A stretch of 64,000 nt of DNA. It comes from Candidatus Levyibacteriota bacterium. Lineage in GTDB: Bacteria > Patescibacteriota > Microgenomatia > Levybacterales > UBA12049. Positions 10,754-19,848 of this stretch are shown piece after piece (the first letter of the stretch is position 1; each line of letters starts with the position of its first letter). The notes below the pieces were generated by a model, which ran no database searches, had not been told where the DNA came from, and saw only the letters and a list, made by a program, of their open reading frames with translations. Made by a program: the position numbers and the translations under genes. The DNA lies in NCBI GenBank assembly GCA_963790825.1, contig CAWBPM010000002.1:167159-231158 (forward strand), given 5' to 3'.

Positions 10754-11557
10754 ATGAAAAATATTAAATTTAAGGTTTTCTTAGTTTTACTGCTAGCCTT
10801 TATTTCTTTAATCTTTTTTGTTAAGTTTTCTCCCCAACAAAAAACAACAATTTCTAAAATCCCTGAATGCGTTTCGTTTAGATGTCCTGAATATTTCAGT
10901 TTTACAGTAGATAACGATTCTCATGCTGACGAAAGCTTAGTAATTGTTCCAACAGCCATGAGCCAGGGGGTAGGAAAGTTAATGATAATAAAAAAAGGAA
11001 AAGTAATTTTTGAATCCCCCGAATTATTAGGTATAGGAGTTAGATCAACAGGAGACGGTAACGGATTTGTATTAACATATTTTAACCAAGTCAATCATGA
11101 AGATGCAATGAAAGTGCAAAGGTATAGATATAAGAACGAAAAGTTTGTTGAGGATAATGGTCCGGCTACCCCCAATACTCTAGATGCAGATATAGAATAT
11201 GTGCAAAAAGCTGGATTTTCAATCTTCAATCCCAATGATCCTATTTATCAAACAAATCCACTTATTGTTTTAATTGGAACCTGTACTGGATCTGCAGACG
11301 GTTACTGCCAAAGAGCTTTTTTCTTTTACAACGGAAAATTTGTTGGTACGGATTCTTCTGATACAAGTATAGGTATTGGTTTTAAATGGAGCACGGAAAA
11401 TACTATTGCCCTGAATTATATTCTTTATAATAAAGATGATTCCTTATCCTCACCAACGGGCGGAGCTGCAACAGTAAGGTTTGAATATGATGGAAATACT
11501 CTAAAAGTACTAGATAAATTACCTCCAACTGATTGGATGGTAAATGGACATAGATAA
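10754..11557 (+). CDS. Membrane-anchored protein with a C-terminal LppP/LprE-like domain
   Basis: N-terminal TM; GSADGYCQRAFFFYNGKFVGTD and TVRFEYDG resemble the LppP/LprE family. Confidence 0.55.
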   Translation: MKNIKFKVFLVLLLAFISLIFFVKFSPQQKTTISKIPECVSFRCPEYFSFTVDNDSHADESLVIVPTAMSQGVGKLMIIKKGKVIFESPELLGIGVRSTGDGNGFVLTYFNQVNHEDAMKVQRYRYKNEKFVEDNGPATPNTLDADIEYVQKAGFSIFNPNDPIYQTNPLIVLIGTCTGSADGYCQRAFFFYNGKFVGTDSSDTSIGIGFKWSTENTIALNYILYNKDDSLSSPTGGAATVRFEYDGNTLKVLDKLPPTDWMVNGHR

Positions 11558-11562
11558 AATTT

Positions 11563-12450
11563 ATGAAAACGAAAAATAAATTTATTATTTTATTAATATC
11601 TTTAGGAATACTGGTTATAATTTTTATAATATATCCAAATATCTTAAATAAGTCTAGCGATAATTGTTTTAATCCTTATGAACTGAAAGATTTTACATCA
11701 GGGAAAGAAGTCGCACGAATTTGTAATGACACTTTGTTAATTGATTCTAAAAAGGTAGTAAGCAAAAAAGAATTTCCTGATTTATTTGAATTTAAATTAG
11801 ATAAAGATAGTAAACCTGATAAAGTAAAACAGTATGTCAGAATTTTTGAAAAAGATAAACAGGAATATGTTTCATTAAAATCATATATTGACTACGGTCC
11901 TTGGAATAATAGTGCAATAGGAATTTACAGAAAAGAAGGTAATAAATTCACCTTAATTTTTAAGAAAACATTTAATGAAAATTTAGGCAGATGGGTAAAT
12001 ATAGAATTTGGCGAAGATTCTACAGGAAGAGATCCTTTATATTATATAAATTATCATGGAGAAGGAATCTCAGTCTCCGGAGACATAGGATATCTTGGTT
12101 GCTATGGAGCATGTCGTTTGTTATGGTGGGATTTTTACGATTGGGATTCAGGCAAAAAAACATTTGTTTTAGCAAACAATAAGCATGTCGATGAGTTTAA
12201 GAGATTACTGGCAGATTACAAAGAAAGAGACAATACAACTTGCATGAACGAGGCAAATGTATCCGAAAGTATTACTAATCTTTATCCGATTAGAAAAAAT
12301 AAAGAAATATTTTGCTCTGATAATGCAGTACAGCCATATACTACTCCAAAACAAGCAGAAATACTGTTAAAAGGTGAAAAAGCAATAGAATTAATTATTG
12401 GCGGACAAAATATTTCAAATTCACAAGTTGATAAAGTAAAAATTGATTGA
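11563..12450 (+). CDS. Membrane-anchored hypothetical protein
   Basis: N-terminal TM; 295-aa ORF in an operon. Confidence 0.6.
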   Translation: MKTKNKFIILLISLGILVIIFIIYPNILNKSSDNCFNPYELKDFTSGKEVARICNDTLLIDSKKVVSKKEFPDLFEFKLDKDSKPDKVKQYVRIFEKDKQEYVSLKSYIDYGPWNNSAIGIYRKEGNKFTLIFKKTFNENLGRWVNIEFGEDSTGRDPLYYINYHGEGISVSGDIGYLGCYGACRLLWWDFYDWDSGKKTFVLANNKHVDEFKRLLADYKERDNTTCMNEANVSESITNLYPIRKNKEIFCSDNAVQPYTTPKQAEILLKGEKAIELIIGGQNISNSQVDKVKID

Positions 12451-12465
12451 AAGAGAAATACATAT

Positions 12466-13047
12466 ATGGCAAAAATCATTTTGGAATCAGGCAGTATATT
12501 ATCTTTCAAAGGAGATGCTCTAATTTGTTTTTGCGATTCAGATCTTACTTTAAAAAAAAATAATCGCATACTTCAAACTTTTTTTGAAAAAACAAAATTA
12601 AATAGTTCTCAGAAAAATGTTATTAATAAGTCATACGGTCAGAGTAAAGAACGGGAAGATAATTTACTTAAAGAATTATCAGCAATAGGATTTTGTGAGA
12701 TAGGAAATGCAGTAATTACAAAAGCGTACGATATTGATGTAAAACATTTTATATTTGTACCCTACATAGATAACGACAATCCAAATGATAAATTAAACTT
12801 TGTTTTATTCCACAGAGCTCTACGTTCTGCTTTTACTTTGGCGAATTTATATGGAGTAAAAAGTTTAGCTGTACCAATACTTCGAACTAAAATTGCAAAA
12901 AAAGAACTTATGGATAAGGTAATTTCTCAAGTATTTGATACAAAAAAAGAGACAACGCTAAATGAAAAAGAATTAACAGATATAATAGTTGCGATATCAA
13001 AAGAATTTGAGGGGCAAACTTTAGAAGAAATATTTATTTATAGATAA
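12466..13047 (+). CDS. Divergent macro-domain-like protein
   Basis: GSIL...DAL, IGNAVITKAYDIDVKHFI and KSLAVP match macro-fold patterns; the glycine-rich loops are degenerate. Confidence 0.6.
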   Translation: MAKIILESGSILSFKGDALICFCDSDLTLKKNNRILQTFFEKTKLNSSQKNVINKSYGQSKEREDNLLKELSAIGFCEIGNAVITKAYDIDVKHFIFVPYIDNDNPNDKLNFVLFHRALRSAFTLANLYGVKSLAVPILRTKIAKKELMDKVISQVFDTKKETTLNEKELTDIIVAISKEFEGQTLEEIFIYR

Positions 13048-13063
13048 TTTAGATTAAAATAAC

Positions 13064-13552
13064 ATGGAAACTTTAAGTATGGGTTTTACTTTAGATCAAG
13101 CAATAAAAATTGCACAACAAGCGCACGAGGAACAAACAGATAAGGCAGAGAAACCGTACATCGAACATCCTATTTTTGTAATGAATTTATTGCAAACTGA
13201 GGAAGAAAAAATGACGGGAGTTTTGCATGACATAGTTGAGGATAGACATATGACATTTGATGATTTAGAAAAATTGGGATGTCCAGCTAGTGTAATAATC
13301 GCCTTAAGATTAGTAACTCATCCTGAAGACTTTGATGGAACAGTAGAGGCATATATGGAAGGTATTAGTAAAATTGTAAGTTCAGGCAATCAAACAGCTA
13401 TAAATGTAAAATTTGCAGACTTAATTCATAATTCGGATTTAACAAGAATACCTAATCCTACTGAAAAGGATTTTACCAGAGTAGTAAAATATAAAAAGAG
13501 TTTAGATATTTTAAAACCGTTAGTTAGTGATTACCTTATTAAACATGATTAA
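13064..13552 (+). CDS. Small HD-domain hydrolase (RelA/SpoT HD, Mesh1/SAH-like)
   Basis: AHEEQTDKAEKPYIEHP, VLHDIVED and VKFADLIHN. Confidence 0.75.
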   Translation: METLSMGFTLDQAIKIAQQAHEEQTDKAEKPYIEHPIFVMNLLQTEEEKMTGVLHDIVEDRHMTFDDLEKLGCPASVIIALRLVTHPEDFDGTVEAYMEGISKIVSSGNQTAINVKFADLIHNSDLTRIPNPTEKDFTRVVKYKKSLDILKPLVSDYLIKHD

Positions 13553-13889
13553 TAAATGCAAATTATTAAAATTAGAAAATCCCTCTGAAAATGATATTAA
13601 TTTAGACAATTTTGAGTTATTAAAAACCTATGTTAAAGAAAGTCATTTATGGAGATATTTATTGAAATGTAAAGATTGCGGACAATTATATTTCTATGAG
13701 TTTTATGAAGAAATAGATTGGAATAAAGGTCGAGATCCTCAATATGTTACCTATATACCAGTAGAAAATATTAAGAAAGCTGATGAATATTCTAAGCTTG
13801 ATCAATTCGGAATTTTAAAAGAAAAACCAAGATTACAAAAAGATTGGTCATCTGAGCAGGATAAGCCTAAAATAAGTTGGGTAAAGTAG
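13545..13889 (+). CDS. Hypothetical protein with CxxC
   Basis: ORF overlaps the HD gene stop; LKCKDCGQLY. Confidence 0.6.
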   Translation: MINKCKLLKLENPSENDINLDNFELLKTYVKESHLWRYLLKCKDCGQLYFYEFYEEIDWNKGRDPQYVTYIPVENIKKADEYSKLDQFGILKEKPRLQKDWSSEQDKPKISWVK

Positions 13890-13912
13890 TAGTTTTGATA
13901 ATTAGTCTACTT

Positions 13913-13933
13913 AATTTGACTTCTTAGCCACAA
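13913..13933 (+). repeat. 21-bp direct repeat, copy 3
   Basis: Identical to 8509-8529. Confidence 0.9.
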
Positions 13934-13951
13934 GTATACAATTATTTAATT

Positions 13952-13997
13952 AACGACTCACCGATGGGGGCATCCGGATGTGGGTTGTTTTTATTTT
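13952..13997 (+). terminator. Stem-loop with G-U pairs and a T tract between convergent genes
   Basis: AACGACTCAC (13952-61) pairs with GTGGGTTGTT (13980-89); inner GATG/CATC stem. Confidence 0.5.
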
Positions 13998-14572
13998 AAC
14001 GTCACCCAATAAGACCACTCATCCTTGTCTATTAGCTTAAGTAGAAAGTTATATTTAAATTCCTTGCCCTTGAAAGATAATTCTATTTCTTTAAAGTTTT
14101 TAATCTTTTGTTTAAATGTACCTCTATCTATAATCTCGAATCCTGTTAACTCGTAATTTACTTTTTCAATATATCCTTTTGTCTTTAATTTACCGGGGAG
14201 ACCATTTTCGAAAACAAGAAATGATGTTTTGTTTTCGTTTTTTAATGGCTTAAAAAATGTTGTTTTAAAAACATATGTATTTAATTTTTTATATAGCACA
14301 AACTTACAATTTGTAAGGAATATGTCTTTATCAAACTCCTCTGCATCTTTTATAAATCCCAACCCCTTAACACTTAAATTAAGCATCGCTACTTTAAATT
14401 CACGATCTTCAAATTCTTTTTTAAGTACGGGTTTCTTAGAGAAGTCCGGTCCTTCAAGAATGCTCTTTTGTATTTTTAAAAAGTTTGTTTTGAGTCTTTT
14501 CCTTTTTCGTTTATCAAAATATATATCATTTTGAAATGTCTTAACTCCTTTTTTAATATCAATACCGTACAT
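13991..14572 (-). CDS. Hypothetical protein; C-terminus weakly resembles the LigD 3'-phosphoesterase fold
   Basis: IIDRGTF...LSFKGKEFKYNFLL...W; no catalytic His residues visible. Confidence 0.45.
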   Translation of the reverse strand: MYGIDIKKGVKTFQNDIYFDKRKRKRLKTNFLKIQKSILEGPDFSKKPVLKKEFEDREFKVAMLNLSVKGLGFIKDAEEFDKDIFLTNCKFVLYKKLNTYVFKTTFFKPLKNENKTSFLVFENGLPGKLKTKGYIEKVNYELTGFEIIDRGTFKQKIKNFKEIELSFKGKEFKYNFLLKLIDKDEWSYWVTLK

Positions 14573-14597
14573 GTTTGTATTTTATCACTTATATTAA

Positions 14598-15359
14598 ATG
14601 AATTTGTTAATATATACCTATACTATGATGGATTCAATAATGCATTATCCAATCACCTTTGGCGCTATAAAAATAAAAATAATTGAGGTTATCGATGATT
14701 TAAAATCCTGCAAAACTAGAGCCATAATGCTTAAAGACAATTCTACGACTGAACAATTTGTTGTATTTATTGTTTTTTCTTTGATAATTTTCGGAATAAT
14801 ATTATTTAACTCTGTCAGTCAAGCAGATTTTTATTCACATACAATTAATACGCTACTTATTGTATTAATCACCTTTATTATTTACTGCTTATCAGATTAT
14901 TTTTGGTTTTTAAAAAACAAACAATATGTTTATGAACGAAATATTCGTGAAACAGAAATTATTAAGGGTTTATTGGGTAAAACTAATATAAGTTTAATAA
15001 ATACAGAATTAACTAAACAAGTACAAATACAGCTTGTTACTAATTATTATGCAAAAGAAATTAATTCATATATCTATCGATACTTAGGAGAAATAATATG
15101 TTTATTAATTGTTCTTTTATATATTAATCAGCTGTTTTTCTATTTTAATCTCGTGTTATTTTTTGGGATGTTTGTTTACGATGCCTTGTATGCTAGAGGA
15201 TCGACAACGCAAGCATTCGCAGACACTATATTATTACTAAGTTGTATTAAAGAGTTTAATAAGGAAGATCCAAAAAAATGTAAAAAATACATTTTAGAAA
15301 ATAAGAAAAAGGAAATTAGAGATCTGAAGAAACTTTATAAATCTATTTTAAAAGATTAG
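14598..15359 (+). CDS. Hypothetical multi-TM membrane protein
   Basis: About four hydrophobic helices. Confidence 0.55.
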   Translation: MNLLIYTYTMMDSIMHYPITFGAIKIKIIEVIDDLKSCKTRAIMLKDNSTTEQFVVFIVFSLIIFGIILFNSVSQADFYSHTINTLLIVLITFIIYCLSDYFWFLKNKQYVYERNIRETEIIKGLLGKTNISLINTELTKQVQIQLVTNYYAKEINSYIYRYLGEIICLLIVLLYINQLFFYFNLVLFFGMFVYDALYARGSTTQAFADTILLLSCIKEFNKEDPKKCKKYILENKKKEIRDLKKLYKSILKD

Positions 15360-15360
15360 T

Positions 15361-15502
15361 TTAGCTCTTGGCTAAAGAGGGGTCTTGCCCCTCTTTTGAC
15401 AAGGGTTTCCGCTTCGCTCCAATAAACGCTTTTTAAGCGCCCTTGCAAAATTCACCCCGCTTGTCGTTTCACTTCTATAGGTAGCAGGCAGGCTGCTACC
15501 TA
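15361..15502. promoter_or_regulatory. GC-rich multi-hairpin element (candidate oriT or single-strand promoter)
   Basis: Hairpins TTAGC-TCTTG-GCTAA, AAAGAGGGG-TCTTG-CCCCTCTTT, TTTTG(A)CAAGGG...CCCTTGCAAAA and TAGGTAGCAG-N5-CTGCTACCTA. Confidence 0.5.
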
Positions 15503-15535
15503 AAAATAAATTATTAAAGAAAGGAGGTGAAAAAT

Positions 15536-15850
15536 ATGAAACTAATAACAGAAGAACTAAGAAAAGCATTACCGCCTTTATACTCCAGAGAAAAGGAGAA
15601 AGACCCTATGGTTATCTGTAAATTCTTTTTACCGATGACCAAATGGACTTGGTATGCAATCGAATTCGACGGAAAAGATTCGTTTTTCGGGTTTGTCGCA
15701 GGAGAATATTCAGAGCTTGGATATTTTTCATTATCTGAGCTTGAAGGACTAGAAGGCCTTTACGGAGTAGGAGTTGAGCGGGATAGGTATTTTGAGCCCG
15801 TCAGGTTGTCTACGATAAGGGCAGAATACGAAAGCTACAACTATCGCTAG
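15536..15850 (+). CDS. DUF2958 family protein
   Basis: LPPLYS.E...DP.VICKFFLP...WTWYAIEFD...FFGFV...ELGYFSLSEL...VERDRYF; AGGAGGTG RBS. Confidence 0.8.
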   Translation: MKLITEELRKALPPLYSREKEKDPMVICKFFLPMTKWTWYAIEFDGKDSFFGFVAGEYSELGYFSLSELEGLEGLYGVGVERDRYFEPVRLSTIRAEYESYNYR

Positions 15851-15856
15851 ACAAGA

Positions 15857-15890
15857 GAGCCTGCCGTTTCGCCTTAAGCGGCAGGCTTTA
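15857..15890 (+). terminator. Hairpin after DUF2958
   Basis: AGCCTGCCG...CGGCAGGCT stem followed by a short T run. Confidence 0.55.
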
Positions 15891-15915
15891 AAAATATAGA
15901 AAGGAGGTGAAAATT

Positions 15916-16083
15916 ATGATAAATCCAATGCTCACAAATGAGTACGAAGATGAAATTCTAAATCTTATTGATAATCAAGATGAGTTTACAAGAAGTGATT
16001 TACAGGGAATAGTTACCGTACTTGTTAATAAGATTATGAATGAGGGTTTCAAAATAATCAGCAATCAGAAAAGTACGGAATAG
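15916..16083 (+). CDS. 55-aa hypothetical protein (below the ORF-track cutoff)
   Basis: MINPMLTNEYEDEILNLIDNQDEFTRSDLQGIV...; same AGAAAGGAGGTGAAAA RBS block as DUF2958. Confidence 0.6.
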   Translation: MINPMLTNEYEDEILNLIDNQDEFTRSDLQGIVTVLVNKIMNEGFKIISNQKSTE

Positions 16084-16100
16084 AAAATATTGCAGACGGT

Positions 16101-16922
16101 TTATTCTACTTTCTGTAAAGCTTTACTGTTAATTCCTTGATATTTAATTTCGCCATTGGTAATTAAATAGAAGTTGATTGTTGAACTTATCTCACTCAAC
16201 TTATCTTTGATAAATTCTTTTACTTTATTTTTATAATATCCGTTAGGACAAACTATTATTATTTCGGGAAAAGGAAGCTTCATATTTGTTTGCCAAATAT
16301 TATTATTGAAATATTCGAAGTATTGTTTTACTCTAAATTGCCATCTTTTCTTCGGAGCAAATTCATCAATAATTTCTAAAAAATATCTTTGAGCATTTTT
16401 ATCTTTATCCTCAATAACAAAATATGCATCCGGCTCTTTATCAAGAATATGGGGAACGCCCTTTAAATCAACTTTGGTAAAAAAATACAGTTTGCCTTTT
16501 CCTTTATCAACTGTTTTAACTAAGTTTAAAAGAGAAATATAAATATCCGCTAATAGAATGCAGTGCTTTTTAAATTTTTGGGAATAAGAATATTCATCCC
16601 AAACCCTGTCTAGTAAGGGAATATTAATATCCTGAATTTCCGGGAAATCTTTAAAATATTTTCTACCAATATTCCCTAAAGAATATACTGTCGGTATATC
16701 TGGGAATTTTTTAGAATAGTCACTTTTAATGTATTTATTGATTGTTAAGTATTTTAGCCATTTAAGTATTTTTGCGTGATTTTTATGATTTAAGAGTATT
16801 TGTATTTGTGGTCTGGTTAAAAAGCGGAATCTGTAGATAAGGATAATTATTTCTTCTAATTTTTTCTTTAGTCTTTCTTGTTGTGTAGTTATTATTTTTT
16901 TTATTGTTTTTAGTTTATTCAT
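16101..16922 (-). CDS. Replication-relaxation family protein (putative relaxase)
   Basis: YRFRFLTRPQI winged HTH start, H..L.ADIY and PDAYF...YFLEI (PD-(D/E)xK-like); downstream of virD4. Confidence 0.75.
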   Translation of the reverse strand: MNKLKTIKKIITTQQERLKKKLEEIIILIYRFRFLTRPQIQILLNHKNHAKILKWLKYLTINKYIKSDYSKKFPDIPTVYSLGNIGRKYFKDFPEIQDINIPLLDRVWDEYSYSQKFKKHCILLADIYISLLNLVKTVDKGKGKLYFFTKVDLKGVPHILDKEPDAYFVIEDKDKNAQRYFLEIIDEFAPKKRWQFRVKQYFEYFNNNIWQTNMKLPFPEIIIVCPNGYYKNKVKEFIKDKLSEISSTINFYLITNGEIKYQGINSKALQKVE

Positions 16923-17023
16923 GATTTACTTCCCCCTATATATTTATATATAGGAATATATAGCCGGTTCTTTTTATATTTTTAGCTTCATATTTACTTA
17001 ATTTTGGTATCAATGGGTTGATA

Positions 17024-19561
17024 CTATTTTTGACCTGGATTTGTAATATATTTGACTGTTTTAGTTACTGGTTTAGCTATCTTTTTTTCTTCCTTTTTTT
17101 CATAAGTTACGGTTTCTGTTTCAACTTTGGGTTTAATGTAGAGCTTGGCGTAAGTGCTTCTTGAGAGATTAATTAATTGATTAATTTTTTGAGAATTTAC
17201 TTTTATATCAACCGGGATGGTAACTGCAGAGAAGGGTTCATCGGGAGTTATTGCTGAAATTTTCATATAGAATTTATATATCGGAAGATTGGAGATTTCA
17301 CCTGCTTGTATGTATGGAGCAAATTGCGGAAGCATTAATTTTTCATCATCAGGATTAGCACTTCTAAAAGAAATGACGGTTCCGACATTTGCCAAAATGA
17401 CATTAACAATATTTTTGTCTTTTTGTTGAGAAGTAGATTGTTCGGCCATTGTTAAAAATACTTTATATTTTCTTGACTCTGACAGCATTTGAATAAATGA
17501 AGGAGTGGCAAAGTTTTGAAATTCGTCAACATATAGATAAAAAGATTTTCTGTCTTCCTGGTCATTCTGGCTCTTTTTAAGGAAGCCAGTTGAATCTTAG
17601 TTAATATCATTATTCCCAAAACTTCAGAGTTATCTTCTCCTATTTTTCCTTTTGAAAGATTGCAGATTAATATTTTTCCGCTGTCCATAATCTCATCAAA
17701 ATTAATAGTAGATTTAGTTTGTTCCATGATTCTTTTTGCAGTCGGAGAGAAAAGAAACCTTCCGATTCTTGATGTAATCGGGCCGATCATTTTAACTTTC
17801 TGATAGTCGCCTGCCTTCCGAATTCATTTTTCCAAAAGTTTTTTAAGTTTTCGTCTTAACCTGTTTTAATACTTCTTCTTTGAAAGGCGGGATCTGTTAA
17901 GAAGATTATAGACGGTAAAGATATTCGGATCTTTAAGACAAAGGCCGTTTGAATAGTATTTCTTAAAATATATTCAAATCTATGAGCATGAGCTGACCAA
18001 ACATCGGAGAATATTTTTCTAAATAGAGAGATTACGCTTTCAGTTATAAGTTCTTTTTCTCTTAAGATTCATCTTCGTCTTCATTAGGAGATAGTTCTAA
18101 AAGATTTAAACCAATCGGATATTTTAAATCATCGGGATTAAAATATATAAAATCGTTTTTCTCGATTTTTGGGAATAAGGGATAATGACTGATTCGGCTA
18201 AGTCTCCATGGGGATCAATAACGCAAAGCCCTTTACCTTTTTCAATATCATCCTTTGCCATTGAAAAAATCATGGTGGTTTTACCTGTTCCGGTTGCTCC
18301 GATAATATATACATGTTTTTGTCTTTCATTTTCGGTTAATCCGATTGCTGTTTCTTCTCCGGCATAGGAATTTTTGCAAAAGAAATGTCAAAATTTTTAG
18401 TCTTTAAAGACAACGGAGCTGGAAGTTCTTTGCTGTGTGTTTTAACCAAATCTTCGGTAGTAACAGTATTAGCAAACGGGAAATGAAAAAGAGAGGAAAT
18501 TTCGGAAACCGAAAGATATGATTTATTTAATAAAGTCAGTCTATTCTTAAAAGAAAAAAATATCAGCTTATCCATCACTCCCAAACCTAAATGTTTTTTA
18601 GAAGTTATTGATTGATACTCAGATGAAGAAAAACTACTAAAAGAAGAGCTGATTGAACTTACTCTTTCGGAAATGTTTTCCTCACGATCTGATATTAGAA
18701 GCAGTCTTATTGAGGTTTCAAATAACGGCTGCTCTACTTTTTCATTAATTAAAGCGATAATATCTTTTTCGGATGGTGATTGCCGGTTAAGTGTTTTACT
18801 TGGCGGCTCTTGATAACATTCTGAATAACTTTGGTGAATTAATATAATGAAGAGTATCTGCATTTTTAAGAATAAATTTCTGTATCTTTTTGGCTTCCTT
18901 TACTTTTACCGGAGTTAACACTATCTGAAGCGATATTAACTCTTGAGGATTTAATTTTGTCATCATGCCGGTGATGTATGAAATGGGGTCATACATTTCC
19001 AACAGATTATGTTTCTTTAAAGGAAAGGCAAAATGATTCGCTAATTTAAAATCAATAATTTTATATTCTTTCTTTTTTAACTCTTCTAAGCTTTCGGGAA
19101 GATAATCCTTAATTTCTTTAATGGTAATTTGCGGAAGATATGAAATGAGAGTTTTTCTTAAGATACTCGCTTTCTCAGGGGTAGTTCTGATTAAGTATCT
19201 TATTCCCTCACTTCTGGTTGAAACAATCTCTAAGGAAAAGTATATTTTCTTTCCTAATAATTTATCTTTTAAAGAGCGTTGTTTTCCAAGCGATTGGATA
19301 AGAGAAAAAAGCTGCTCGGTTGTATAGCTTTCCTTTTCGGTTAGAGAGGGAGGAGTGATTTCCAATATGGTTTGTTTTCCTTTTAATAATGCTCTTAAGA
19401 TAAGCAGTTTTCCTAGGAATATATGCAATTACTAAGAGTATGAGAAAAACGATAAGATACGGAATTGAAGAATATGCGGTTTTGACAATAGGACTACCAG
19501 GCAGGTATTTGAGCAGGGCTTGGAATAGATTATTGGCCTCGAACTGTTGAATGTTATTCAT
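17024..19561 (-). pseudogene. virD4: VirD4/TraD/TrwB-type coupling protein broken by multiple frameshifts
   Basis: Collinear fragments in different frames with Walker A GATGTGKT, VIDPHGD, Walker B YVDEFQNF and LSESRKY. Confidence 0.8.
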
Positions 19562-19652
19562 ACACTCCGGGCAGGTGGACAGAAGCCTTAAATTACTGAG
19601 GGTAGTATAGCACAGACGTCTATAGTTGCTAAAACCTAGAGTATTTAACTAC

Positions 19653-19699
19653 TTGACAGCCTCATTTTCAGGGTATACACTATCCATGTAGTGGATAGT
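19653..19699 (+). promoter_or_regulatory. Sigma70 promoter plus palindromic operator upstream of the recombinase operon
   Basis: TTGACA-N17-TACACT; ACTATCCA-N5-TGGATAGT overlaps the predicted TSS. Confidence 0.6.
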
Positions 19700-19709
19700 T
19701 ATATATAAT

Positions 19710-19847
19710 ATGAATAATTTTAAAAAACCTCTTATAGTTAAGTTAAACTCCGAAGAAATGCTTAAAACCCTCGCAAATTTAGTTATTGACCGAATTTTAG
19801 AAGATATAGGCAGGAAAAAACAAATAAATACTAAATCGAGCACATAA
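19710..19847 (+). CDS. 45-aa protein upstream of the recombinase (candidate directionality factor)
   Basis: MNNFKKPLIVKLNSEEMLKTLANLVIDRILEDIG...; its stop lies 1 nt before the recombinase ATG. Confidence 0.5.
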   Translation: MNNFKKPLIVKLNSEEMLKTLANLVIDRILEDIGRKKQINTKSST

Positions 19848-19848
19848 T

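Noticed and set aside
8509-13933. CRISPR array or classical integron attC sites
   Set aside because: The repeats are kilobases apart, non-palindromic and lack the RYYYAAC/GTTRRRY boxes; no cas or intI gene is seen.
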